Shown one piece after another: positions 1 to 11,920 of a stretch of 64,000 bases of DNA. The position numbers and the translations under genes were made by a program. The notes beneath the pieces were generated by a model. That model made no database searches and was not told where the DNA came from. It saw only the letters and a program-made list of their open reading frames with translations. This DNA is from Callorhinchus milii (lineage: Eukaryota): NCBI RefSeq assembly GCF_018977255.1, contig NW_024704743.1:86058001-86122000 (forward strand). Reading direction: 5' to 3'. Each line of letters starts with the position of its first letter. The first letter of the stretch is position 1.

Positions 1-362
1 GACATGCCACTTAGTCATTAGCGCACTAGCCCCGCAAGTGAGAGGACCCGGGTTCGATTCCCAGGCAGGGCGAAACCGTAGGCTAGTTTCCTTACTCCAC
101 ACGCCTCTGCTTACCTAGCAGTGAGTAAAAACCTGGTTGTTAGTCGATTGTTAGTTCGCTTATCTGGGGTTAAGAAACCCTTCAAAAAACAATTTAGTCA
201 CTCAATCCACGACTGTTTGTGGGACACTGCAGTGCATATTTGGCTGCCTGTTTTGTCCACAAAATATACAGTCAATTCACTTTACAGTATTTTCTGTGAA
301 GCACTTTGAGACAACTCGATAAGACGCTACATCAAATGCAAGGATTATTATTACATTATTAT
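1..362 (+). mobile_element. tRNA-derived SINE, long variant, 5' end at or beyond the window edge
   Basis: B-box GGTTCGATTCC, body ccttactccacacgcctctg...ccacgactgtttgtgggacac, and tail aaatgcaagg(att)n. Confidence 0.85.
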
Positions 363-779
363 CCAGTCTTAGGATAGATACTCAATATGGAAAGTATTCA
401 ATTTCCCAAAGTAATGCTGTATTTCTCATTTTGTGAGGAGCGACATTAATCCACAAACAATTAATACAAATATTAGTACTGAGTAAACAAATATCCTTCA
501 GTTTACCCAGTTGCACTTTTTGAGAGCTTTATAGGAGTTTTATTGTTTTAATTAAAATCAGTAACTTACTTATGACCAATAGATCCTGCTTGAAGTTTTT
601 TGAAATATGCTTACAGTAGCTCCTTAAAAAAGAATATTACCTGATCTTTCCCTTGTGTTTATTTTTATCCCAGCAAATTGTGTAGATGCATCAACGGAAA
701 GTTATACACTTTAACAACTCCCTAATTTTAAGAAGTCGTGAAGCCAAATAGAAGTACGTTAGCTGTTTAGCTGATGAAT

Positions 780-965
780 GCAGATAGTCTAATTACAGGA
801 ATTAGAATGAAGGAGTTAATGAGTTTGACATAATGAATGAGAGGATGAGGGAGAAGGGCATTCGTGAAGGACGAGCGAATAGAGGGATGTAGAGAAGGAA
901 TCCGGAGGAGTTGTGGCATATAAATGCTGGCATAGACTAGTTGGGCCGAGTGGCCTGGTTCTTTA
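780..965 (+). mobile_element. Old CR1 LINE 3' end fragment
   Basis: ataaatgctggcatagactagttgggccgagtggcctg resembles the CR1 3' UTR seen at 19180-19235. Confidence 0.55.
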
Positions 966-2599
966 TTAACATTTAATGTGGTTCTATTGTTCTATTTTGT
1001 TTGACTAACATGATTGTGGCTCCAAAATAAAGTTATGCCTCCGTTCCTATTGATTTTAAATTGACTCCCTTGTGTGATTTGTTTGGCAGCTCCTCCAAAT
1101 CAGTTCCCTCAAATACATATTCGCCACTTATATGTAAGTTAATAGTAATTTCTTGTAAGTTAGTTTTTTTTAAAAAAATTTAAGACTCCATGTTCAATTG
1201 ATTTTCAATAGTTTTTTTGAGCTACTGTAAATGTAATATTCTGTATGTACTATGAAACCTATTGCAGGTCATTTATCTCATTAAATATCGATCTAATAAG
1301 TACAGAATAATGACATTACAAGCTGTTCGCTGACATTTTCCAGTTCTGTGCCAGAAACATCCTCAGTTAAGTCTTTAATTCCGATTCTGAGGATGTTCTC
1401 TTAAATGAATTTAGTGCTTCCTGCAAGAAGCTGTGCAGGATACGAAAAAGTAGGCTTGAAAGGGTAATCTACAGCTTTCATCAAGCCACCGCCAAAGGTT
1501 CTGGATTTACTTAGTTGGAAGTCTTTGAAGAAAGAAATGTTCTTAACAGTGACAGTTTTGTGACTTGGCTTAGGAAGCCTGTTTTCCAGCAGAAAATTGG
1601 TAGTGTAGCCTGATGAGTGAGAATACTAGTTTGCATTTTGATTAGTGCAACATATTTTAGGTGTATAAAATTAAAAACAACAATGGTCCACCTGACTGCT
1701 TTGGTATTTGTATACATTTTATTCTAGTTTTATATTGTTGCTCTCCATTTATACTCTATTTAACAAATTAAATCTGTAGAAGTTCCTTATGCTTAATGCT
1801 GTATAGGCCTAATAAGAGGTAATTCTGTTTCACGATTAACCCCTCATTGCTAAATTACCAGCAAGTGCTTTGGGACTCTACGCAGTGTGACAAACACTAC
1901 ATAAATGCAAGTTGTTTTTGTTTTACTAAAGTTTGACAGTTTCCAAAATGCTTAGATTTATCTATTGATCATTCAGTGGGATTTTGGCCTGAAAGGTGAA
2001 ATAGTTATTCACAACATGATTGTAGTAGTAATACTTTGATGTAAGGAATTATCACATCTCAAAGAGCTTCACACTGTTGCTTTGAAATGTTGTACAATTA
2101 TGGAAATGTTATACAGTTATGTATGGAGTGCCTCAAAGAGATCAGAAGACTGATTATTGGAGGTTCAGTCCTGTGTATCAGACTTTAAAACCAAAGATCC
2201 TCCAGCTGTCCTGGTGGCTTCAATGCAGTGGCACTTTTTCAGATATAATTGAGTTCTTCTGGATATAATGTTGTATGGTAAAGAGCTCAAGATCCACACT
2301 AATTGTGAATGGTCCAATTGTGGATATGAGAACGTCATTCAAACTACAATGTATAGAACTAATCGAAAACCTTCAATCAGGAGTTATACTGTCATTGTTA
2401 TACACACAGTATCAGCCTACTTCTCTGTTTCTGTCTGTCTCTAACCATCTCTTTGTATGTGTACATCTGTCTTTCTCTAATCTTGTATTCAACTGCATCA
2501 GATCTCTGCCTCATGCTGTTGATTCACAGTCTCACTTGGGTGAGACAATGCTCTACTGTATGTACGATTCCTAAATCTTCCAAGAAACGCAGCTTTCAA

Positions 2600-2830
2600 C
2601 AGCAACATCCCACATGAATGACCAATAATCTGTTATGAGGAATTTAGGAAGTAATTTTGTTCAACACAATGGAAGAATCCCGATATTCAAAGTAGTGCCA
2701 TGGGATTGGAGCCACCGGAACAGCCAGATGGTTTTATGTTTTAAATCTGATCCAAAGGACCACACTTCCAACAGTGCAGACTTCTAATTTCTTTGAGGCT
2801 CTCCATCTGCCAGTGAAGCTGAGAGCTAAT
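2600..2830 (-). mobile_element. Degraded Deu-domain SINE fragment
   Basis: Reverse complement contains ctgcactgttggaagtgtggtcctttggatcagatttaaa...atcccatggcactactttgaa, like the copies at 58270 and 59681. Confidence 0.6.
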
Positions 2831-4431
2831 GAAACTTCAAGGAATTTTATTTTGAATCTCCATGCATTGAGACCTAAGCTCTGGAGCCCAAGCCCAATAC
2901 TAACAATTAAATGTAGGGATGTATTTTAAAATGCAGTGCATTAAATTATTACATTAGCAAACAAGGGGTGGAGAGAGAGAGGAAGCAATATTTGAGACAG
3001 GTTTGATGTGCTTTTATTCTGATACTATAAACTGTAAGAACTTCACTGTTGTTGACTAACTTATCAGGATGCCTTGTAACAGATTTGTATGTTGCTCTCC
3101 ATTCGGTTATAGTAGCATTTCTCTTTCAAACAGTTTGAAATTTGATACAAATCTCCAATGAAACTACAGAAAATAATTTGAACGCCCTGTATTTCAAAAA
3201 AAAGATTTGCTTATTTTGTTTCTAAAGTCTTAATTATTTTCCTTCCCCTTTCTTTGCAAGGAAGCACATTTGAAATAAATCAACAGGGGGTAACCAAGGA
3301 TTCAGACAATGCATTCATCACCCTCAACTGGTGAGATGGTACTGTCACGTGCTGAACAGGTGGTCCTCATTATCCTTTTCATGTCCAGAAGCCATTTATA
3401 AATTACACACTGTGATGCACATGGGCAAAACTCTCAGTTTACAGGGATTCATTCTAAAGCACATGACAGGCTGATGACAACTATTTTATGTATGGTTGTC
3501 CTTATCCGGTTGTTCTTGCTGCCGTTTTAAGAGTAGTTTGATGCCCCCGAGCAGCTTGTATGTTTGAAGTTAAGTCCACATATAATTGTGCTTCGTCTCA
3601 GAAGTAGTACCATTAGGCTGACTGATGTTGTCTTTGATTCGTGTTCCAGAGCTCTGGGAGTGACTATGCTTGATTCAATACAGTACAAAATCAGCACCTG
3701 ACTGTTGGATTATGAAATATTAAGGGGAAGTGTAACCCTAATGCTGTTAACAGAAATTTATGAATAAAGTTTTAAATGGTTTGTGTTCAAAGCTGATTTC
3801 AGTGAGTCAATCTCCAAAGTGGCTTTCCCATGATTTGGAATCTCCTGTTTGTTTATTTCTGGGTTTCATATCCTACCTATTACAAATTATCCCTTTTCTA
3901 GGGAATAATTTACAAAGAGAGGGCTATGAAACCATTATAAAAAGTTGTGTGAGCTTATCGTTTTTAAACACCCTCTCTATCATTGTAATTACTTATTCTG
4001 AAATTAGATTAACAATTGGTACAGCCACAATTATACACAAATTCCATATCAGTTGACAGAATAGAACTGCAGATTTTCTTGGGAGTTTTTGTTGAATTCC
4101 ACCTTTGCAACGTGATGACAAACAAAGTGTGATGAAGAGAAATCAGAGAAAGAGTTTTAGAGAAACTGACAGGACACAGAGAGAGAGCTAGAGATGGTGG
4201 GGTGGTGGGGGGGGCGTGGGGGCCTGGTATACTGTGGTACAGTAGTGACATAGTGACAGTATAAGTCCTGGTGGAAATTACGTGTAATAACTTCAGTTCC
4301 ATTGAAATCCTGAGCTGCTTAGACAATTTATTTTAAGCACATTGTCATAAAAGTATTTTGTCTAAACCTGTCAGTCAGTAAATAGTGCTATTTTACACTG
4401 TATTCTTAAGTCATATGAAATATGAGTCCTA

Positions 4432-4746
4432 GGAGTCTTGTAGCTCAGTGTTTAGAGCACTCGCCTTGCAAGCGAGAGACCTGGGTTCGATTCCCGGCAG
4501 AACAAAACGTTGGGCAAGTTTCCTTACTCCACACGCCTGATAATAATCCCTCAAGNAAAAATAAATAATAATAATTTGATCACTTCAATCCATGACTGTT
4601 TGTGGGACACTGCTATGCGCAATTGGCTGCTGCATTTCGCCCACAAATATACAGTCAATTCACTTTACAGTATATTCTGTGAAGCGCTTTTAGACATCTA
4701 GAAGACGTGAAAAGCGCTATATCAACCGCAAGGATTATTATTATTA
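4432..4746 (+). mobile_element. tRNA(Ala-TGC-like) SINE, full length, short (internally deleted) variant
   Basis: Head ggagtcttgtagctcagtgtttagagcactcgccttgcaagcgagagacctgggttcgattccc with A and B boxes; (att)n tail ends about 33 nt before the exon 4 acceptor. One N at 4556. Confidence 0.92.
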
Positions 4747-4779
4747 AATATATTAAAAATATGACATTGTTTTTAACAG

Positions 4780-4822
4780 GGATGGACGAATGCTGTTTGA
4801 CTACTTAGCTGATAAGCATGGG
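4780..4822 (+). CDS. EIF3E: EIF3E internal coding exon (human exon 4 equivalent, 43 nt)
   Basis: Acceptor ttttaacag|G and donor GGG|gtaagt. After one carried-over base it translates DGRMLFDYLADKHG, matching eIF3e as recalled. Confidence 0.97.
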
Positions 4823-5421
4823 GTAAGTCTTGGAACATCTATGCATGCTTATCACAGATAATGTGTTAATATTTAAATGTTATAGTACAATTGATGAATA
4901 AAGGTTACTGATAATTTCCCCCAAAAGATATTACTGATTCATTAGTGCATTCCTAAAAAGCGTTAACAGATTTCAATTAACTTAACTTCTAGTTAATTAT
5001 TTTGTAATAGTGTACTGCATTGCATGCTGAAGGAGCAAGCAATACCTTTGTTTGACTGATCTAGCTTTTCATGTCTTTTATTACCAAGCTGGCAAATTAA
5101 GTTTCTTTTTAGATGTCGGTAGCGGTATGTGACCCGAAAGGTGAGACCAAATGTACACCAGCAATGACTGACTTATTAGTTATTGGATTGTAAGGGGAAG
5201 TGTATCGTAAGGTGCACCCGCCCGGTGTGCAGGGCGTCATAAAAATGCAAGTTGTTGTTATTGATTTTTTAAAAATAGCCTTTTTCAAACACTGCAATCG
5301 GATGTTGCAATTCCCATTCAGTTGTTTGCACAGTTACGTTAAGTATCCCTCCCCGAGGTAGTGCCTTTTCGGTTAAAATCTTGTTTCTCTATGGATTATT
5401 TATAGTATCTTTTGTTTAAAG

Positions 5422-5526
5422 TTCCGTCAGGAATACCTGGACACACTCTACAGATATGCAAAGTTCCAGTATGAGTGTGGTAATTATTCTGGAGCAGCAG
5501 AATATCTCTACTTTTTCAGAGTTCTG
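5422..5526 (+). CDS. EIF3E: EIF3E coding exon (exon 5 equivalent, 105 nt)
   Basis: tttgtttaaag|TTC...CTG|gtaagt; translates [35 protein letters not shown]. The acceptor is AAG rather than YAG. Confidence 0.98.
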
Positions 5527-5879
5527 GTAAGTACCTCTTCCTGTGCTAATCAGAGTTTGCTGTCTTGCCTTCCAGAATTATTGATTTGTTAAGTCTTTTT
5601 TCTTTTTGACATTTATTAACTAATATAATAAAGATTTATCTGGATCTAATGCCTACCAGCCCACAATTTAAGTACACTACTTTATATATTGCTTTTGACT
5701 AAATTTTGCAACCAGCAAAAATAAATTCATTAATCTGTGATAGGATGTCTTCAGACCCAGACCCATATTTTCATTCAAATTTGTGTTTAGGGGAAGTTTA
5801 CTCTCTGCACACCTTTGGTTTCAATCCTTCTTTCTGGTTTCTTTCAATTTACTTAAAAGAGTGGAATACAATAGAAATT

Positions 5880-6115
5880 TACATTTATATGGTGCTTTTC
5901 ACGTCGGGAGGACTTCCCAAAGCATGTAATAGTACTGTCTGGGCCTGCGCGCAGAGGGTTGGAGCTGAAGTGGGCAGGGGAAGATGACCTAAAGTGTGAT
6001 CAAAGAGGTAGCAATAATAATAATCCTTGCACTTGATATAGCCCCTTATCACGTTTTTGAGACGTCTCAAAGCACTTCACAGAATACGTTGTCAAGTTAA
6101 TTGACTATATATTTG
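5880..6115 (-). mobile_element. Adjacent L2 3' tail and SINE 3' tail fragments
   Basis: tttacatttatatggtgcttttcacgtcgggaggac (L2 tail, reverse) followed by aataataatccttgcacttgatatagc (SINE tail, reverse). Confidence 0.7.
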
Positions 6116-6640
6116 AGACGGACCTTAAAGGATATATTGATATTGCGATGCTATGCAAATGTAATTTGATGTTGTATACAAAATTGGTATTCCAAACACT
6201 TTATTGCCTGTGACTAAATATTGCTTCTCTTGAGGAAATGTAGGCCAGAAGATCACAACTCAAACAACAGGAGTCGTTTGACGCTTTTTGAAATGATAAA
6301 TAATTGCTTCCTTTTGCTGGAAACTGCATAAAGAAAAAGATCTATATAATGTTATGTCTGGCATGTTGAATTTCCAATGCCAATAAAAATTACTGAATAT
6401 TTCTGTTTATAACCCCTTCCTGGCTGAACTGAAATTTTTAGTCTAAGAAACACATGATTGAAAAGTGAACTCGGACTCTAAATAATTGAAGTTTTGTATG
6501 TAATTTTATAGCTTCCCTGGAAAATAATAATCCTTGCATTTCAAAAATCTTTAAGTTTTGAGAAAATTAGTTAGCATCCTATTCTTGTTGGCATACTAAA
6601 AAAAGTTTTGAAACTTGCATCTTGCAGACTTTAGTCACTA

Positions 6641-7005
6641 AAACAACAAATTACATTTGTCTTGCGCCTTTCATGTCAGGAGAACTTCCCAAGGTGCTGG
6701 ACTGTCTGGGATCCGCACCCGAGTTGGTGGTTGGGATCAGGGTGGTTGGAGGGCGGGGAGGGTAGGAGGGTGACCGAAGGCATGGTTGAAGAGGAGAGTC
6801 TTGAGGTGAGTCTTGAAGGAGGCAAGGGAGTGGGTGAGGCGGACTGTGGGATGGTGTTCCAGGGGGTGGGGCAGAGAGTGAAGGCCCAGTCGCCAATGGT
6901 GGGGCGGGCAAGGTGGGAGACGTGAAGCAGGTCAGAACCCGCTGAGCGGAGGGAGTGGACAGGTTGCTAGGGGGTAGAAGTTCACAGAGGTAGAGAGGAG
7001 CAAGG
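6641..7005 (-). mobile_element. L2 LINE 3' fragment
   Basis: Begins with the reverse (ttg)n tail aacaacaaattacatttg; reverse strand encodes the RPTIGDWAFTLCPTPWNTIP-type L2 ORF2 C-terminus. Confidence 0.85.
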
Positions 7006-7169
7006 CTGTATACAATTGAGCCCTATTATAAAGTAGTGATTTGGGTCCGTAAAATCTCAACCAAACAACTGCTGATCAGTTCTTCCAATGTACTCTTGCA
7101 ATGCTTCTTCAGTGCACAAAATCAACATCATCAGTTGCCTGAGCACCCTGAAGTTTGCCATTTTTGTTT

Positions 7170-7480
7170 TCACGTCCTGGACAGGCTCCATTGGCTCCCC
7201 ATCACTGAATTAATTGAATTCAAGATCCTCACTCTTGTGTTCAAATCCATTCACTCCCTGTCTTACCTCCTTACTCCCCAACCCGCCACCTGGCTCAACT
7301 GGCACCTGCTTCTGCTCGGTTGGGGGCAGAGTGGCTGAAGGCTCTCGCGCCAATGGTGGGGTGGGTGGGTCGGGGGACGTGGAGCAGGCCAGAGCCGGCT
7401 GAGCGGAGGGAACGGGTGAGTTGGTAGGGGGTTAGGAGGACACAGAGGTAGGGTGGGACGAGGCCATGGAGGGCTTCGCA
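7170..7480. mobile_element. Two L2 fragments joined in opposite orientation
   Basis: 7170-7320 (+) encodes LDRLHWLPITELIEFKILTLVFKSIH; 7322-7480 (-) encodes ALHGLVPPYLCVLLTPYQLTRSLRSAGSGLLHVP. Confidence 0.8.
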
Positions 7481-8031
7481 TGTAGGCAAGGCCTCCACAG
7501 CCTCCACAAAAGGTTGCCCTTAAATACCTTGCACTGGAGGCCGGGGAATACACCTTTATCATCCTCTCCTTGGGCTGCGTGGGTTTCTGTAATCCAACAA
7601 TTCCACTTCCGGGAAGACTCCCGGCTCCTTGGCCCCCATGAAACATTCAAATGGCCCCCAGTTTGGAAACCCCTGCTGTGTTCATCAGATTTATTGGAAA
7701 GTGAGTACTTCTTGACACTCAATGCAAGAACTTACAGTTCCATTGCAAGGATGCATACGTTTAGGTCAGATTAAGAATTGTATGCATTTGACATCTTTAT
7801 GGAATAGTTTAGATTTGGGAAGTTGTACGGTGTAGGTGTTGGGTTCTCTTGGGCAGCAGACTTCGTCTCCATGGCACATTACTCACTCATTGAGTTAATG
7901 CTCAGATGAAAAGACTAAACTACCAATTTATTTTCCCTTTTGGTCTTGTATCCAGACCTGGAATTCTACTGTTGTCATTGCAGAGATTCAGTGCTGTTCC
8001 CTCCACTGATATCAGAAGAGGAAAAGCAAGG

Positions 8032-8350
8032 ATAATAATAATAATAATAACCCTTGCATTTGATATAGCGCTTTTCACAGCGGGAGGACGTCCCAAAGCG
8101 CTTCACAGAACACACTGTAAAGTGAATTGACTGTATATTTATGGGCGAACGCGGCAGCCAATTGCGCACAGCAGTGTCCCACAAACAGTCATGGATTGAA
8201 ATTGACCAATTTATTATTGTTTTGTTTTGGAGGGATTATTATTAGGCGTGTGGAGTAAGGAAACTTACCCAAGGTTTCGCCCTGCCTGGAATTGAACTCA
8301 GGTCTCTCACTTGCAAAGCGAGTGCTCTAACCACTGAGCTACAGGACTCC
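8032..8350 (-). mobile_element. tRNA SINE, full length, short variant
   Basis: Reverse complement of the 4432 element; head ends ...ccactgagctacaggactcc at 8350. Confidence 0.92.
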
Positions 8351-8358
8351 AGGATATA

Positions 8359-8887
8359 CAATAAAACTTGCATAAATCTTTATTAATTGTAAAATCACCA
8401 AAGTCGTACATGCACCCGAGTCCCATTCAGTTTCCTATCAAAGCGACTTAGATTTCTTAGTACCAGTCATATTAATCAACTCTTAACTCATAACACTCAC
8501 TCTGACACTTATCGACTCTGTTGAATCATGGGAAAAATGGGAAATTATGTCCTGACCCGTTGACTCATGCGCACTTACTGTATTGAATTGCAGGAAACTT
8601 AGTCTTGATCCGTCGCCGCAAGTGCAGACAAACTTCATTTCTTGCGATTCAATGTAATTCCAATGTTTGCCGGTAAGTGCGCATGCGGCGATGGGTCAAT
8701 ATACATTGAATCACGAGAAACGTAGTCTGAGCCGTCACCGCATGCCCACTTACCAGCTGCAGTGACTAAGTACTCCATGCACACTTGCTGGCTGCATTGA
8801 ATTATGCATGCGCATTGTAAATTATTGATTGAATCGGATTCACGTAAGTCGTATTAAATATTATGGTCCTAACTGATACGACTTATG
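8359..8887 (-). mobile_element. Non-autonomous DNA transposon (Tigger/pogo-like MITE), copy 1
   Basis: Starts TA|caataaaacttgcataa. Reverse-complement similar along its length to 12792-13655. Has internal gcatgcgcacttac and attgaatcncgggaaa sub-repeats. Confidence 0.7.
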
Positions 8888-9701
8888 TCTGGGTTCAAGG
8901 CCCCACAGGTTTAGGTATCAAGGCCTCCAGGATATTAGGTATCCTGACTGAGGATCCTTCCGCTTGGGCTGTAGATAAGTGTAGTATTTAAGCTTCTGGT
9001 GTGTGCAGCATCCACAGATCAAATGAAGATGATATGTTTAAAACATCACTGTCTGCAGCTTTAATAGAGCAATCACTCCTGTAGTTTTTCCTCTTTTCAT
9101 ATTGCAACTGCTGACAATGCAGTGATTGAAATCAGAAGCTCACTGTGTGGAAAATCATGGGCACAAATCCACATCCCATCATTCCGTGGTGCAGCGTGTT
9201 ATAGAATTCCTAAGAACAACCCTCAAGTAAGACTCTGATTGAGATTGAGGCCCTTGACAAAAGGTCAGTGAAGAGCAATGTCTTAAAGGAACAGGACTAG
9301 GTTGGCCGACTGCCCATTCGTGTACATGAAAGTTGAATTATGTTTGGAAAAGGTGGAGGCAATTTAACATTTTAATTTAACAGTTTCAGAGGTGGGGCAA
9401 TTTAAATTTTTTAGTGCATTTCAAACGATTAAACACAGAATTCATAGAAGGTTTACAACACAGAAGGTAATTCAACCCATCCTGTCTGCTGGAACATCAG
9501 TCTCCTGATAACCCACGCTAAGGGGTGCTATATAAATGCAAGTTGTTGTTGTTGTCACTCCAAGGCAAAAGGGCTCGGTGACAAGTTATCCGAAGTGGCG
9601 AATTAGGCATAAGTAAATACATAAAGGCGGCCGGCATATTGAAAGCCCGATGACTTAAATGGCAGTGACAAGTTAAGCTAGGTTCAAGTTATCAGGACAT
9701 C

Positions 9702-9901
9702 TGATAATAATCCCTCAAGATAAAAAAAAATTGGTCACTTCAATCCACTACTGTTTGTGGGACACTGCTGTGCGCAATTGGCTGCCGCATTTTGCCCACA
9801 AATATACAGTCAATTCACTTTACAGTCTATTCTGTGAAGCACTTTGAGATGTCCAGAAGACTTGAAAAGCACCATATCAAATGCAAGGATTATTATTATT
9901 A
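9702..9901 (+). mobile_element. tRNA SINE 3' half
   Basis: tgataataatccctcaag...tcaaatgcaaggattattattatt. Confidence 0.85.
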
Positions 9902-10291
9902 TCTGATAATATACTTGATAACATTCCATGTTTTGTTAGAATTGATGTAAATAGTGTTAACATTAAAAAAAAACAATATTTTAATAAGAAAGTTACAAGA
10001 GACTTGAGGAAATATTTCAAAGGAATTGAAGCAATAACTTTTAATTTTCATTTCCAAAAAAATGACCACTTGAGACTCTTTGTTGAAGCAATTTATGACC
10101 ATTTGAGACAGAGAAAAAGCATGCTTACTTTTAGAACTAACTCACTTCAGGGTTATAGTGAGGTGGTTCTTTATTGATGCTGGTTAATAGGCAAATATGT
10201 TGCTTGCTTTTGAGACAATGCAAGTCCTGGATGCTAGTAAATATTGAAACTATTTTGCATTGCACAACTGACCATAAATTGTCTTATAAAT

Positions 10292-10472
10292 CATAACATA
10301 ACATGTAGGAGCAGGAGTAGGCCATTCGGCCCTTCGAGTCTGCCCCACCATTCAATCATGGCTGATCTTCTAATCTAACTCCAGCTAATACCATAACCCT
10401 ATCTTATCCCCATATCCCTTAATCCCTTTTGCAATAAGAAATATATCTATCTCAGTCTTGAATATGTTCAAG
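10292..10472 (-). mobile_element. CR1 LINE 3' terminal fragment, same subfamily as 56242-57781
   Basis: aacataacatgtaggagcaggagtaggccattcggcccttcg...ctcagtcttgaatatgttcaag is near-identical to 56242-56412. Confidence 0.85.
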
Positions 10473-11611
10473 ACATAAGGGGGAGAATGTAAATTGCTTT
10501 TTGCCATTGCATGCCACATTTCCCTCCCTCCCTACATATGGTGAATATACTCATTGGTATTTATTCTTGACCTGTTTCCCGGGAGGCCCCGAACCAGGAT
10601 CACCAAAGTACCAGGATTCAGGAACTTTAGATGCAATGCCTCCCTGGTCAGAACTAGGGCTTCATCCCAAGAAAATGTTTTTTTTTATTGGTATAAAAGC
10701 AACTTGGAACTTTATTTCCATAATTATATTACTCCAACATCCATGGGCATTAACAAAGTTGCAGAATGCAGGGTTGATGGGTATATTAGCCAAATGTGGG
10801 GAGGAAGGGAAACAATGCTGTGTGATCTTGTAATTCATCACGTGGATAGAAAATGCAGTTAAAATATGCTCCTAAAATCTGCACTTCCAACAGGGATGAG
10901 TATGAGCTCCCCCCAACCAACCACAGGAGAATAGTTATGCACAGGTCAGCTTCTCATAAAGTTGAGAGTTGAGATTTGTTTACTTTCAAATCTGTTGTTA
11001 AGGACTGGATTTGTAGATATATTTTAATTGCATTTCTGTCCACAATATCATTGTATCACACACATTTCCTTCCCATTTAATGTTTAAATGACACAATCGA
11101 ACTGCAAAGAATGCTTATTAATTTATAAACAACTGAAGCAAAAAGAATAGCTGACTGATTTTATGCAATTGATGCACCGGTGTACAGCTGACCCTCAAAA
11201 GAACACCATTCTTGTGTGCCAAGAGAATGTGATATATAAGGTATGCACTAGATGCAGCTCACGTTCAAAAATCAATATTGTTCCCACAGTAGAAACAAAT
11301 CACCACCACGTGAAGAAGTGTTGACTGCTGCCGTCAGGGTCTTAACCTTTGGTTATACTCACTTTTAGCTATTGATGTCATCAAAGGAAAAAGTATCCAT
11401 AGCTCGAGAGTCAAAAGTAGCCTCTATACAACAGTTTGTTCCAATCACAAATGAAATTAGATATCTTGATAGACGCTACATTACTTTATTTTCAGATATT
11501 ATCAAGATTCGGTCAGAACATTTTGAGGCTATTGTTCCCACTGACTTTTTCAAGGCATGCAGTTGGCATTTTTATTCAAATAAAATTATGAATTTTATTC
11601 TGGGAAAGTGG

Positions 11612-11920
11612 TGACAGATGTTTCATAACAAAGGTTTGGAGAAGATGATCTTTTGACCCCATCTGCCTGATCAGGTGGATCCTCATGACCCTATTCGAAA
11701 AGAGAAGGGAGTTTCTCCCAGTGTCCTGGCCAACAATCCCCCAAATAAAATTGGTCACTCACTCCATGGTGGTTTCTGGGACATTGCTGTGTGCAAACTG
11801 GCAGCAGCATTTTGCCCACAAAAACCCAGTCGAGATTACTTTACAGAGTGTCCTGTGAAGTGGATTGAGACATCGCGGCAACATGATAAGGCGCTTTATC
11901 AAATGCAAGGATTATTATTA
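11612..11920 (+). mobile_element. Deu-domain SINE (SacSINE1/AmnSINE1-like), 5'-truncated
   Basis: caggtggatcctcatgaccctattcgaaaagagaagggagtttctcccagtgtcctggccaa matches the recalled Deu domain; same L2-type tail as the young SINE. Confidence 0.7.

Noticed and set aside
4196..4222. G-rich run with G-quadruplex potential
   Set aside because: Isolated low-complexity tract with nothing to suggest function.
4432..4503. tRNA-Ala(TGC)-like gene (also at 8280-8350, 47180-47251, 56028-56098)
   Set aside because: These are SINE heads. Each runs into the SINE body and tail, and the acceptor stem is not intact.
1..4779. EIF3E exons 1-3 or promoter
   Set aside because: I found no sequence encoding the N-terminal eIF3e peptides and no CpG island; these lie upstream of the window.
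4891..4938. Possible C/D box snoRNA (TGATGA...CTGA...CTGA) in intron 4
   Set aside because: Only about 48 nt from box C to box D, an imperfect C box, and no convincing terminal stem or recognisable guide.
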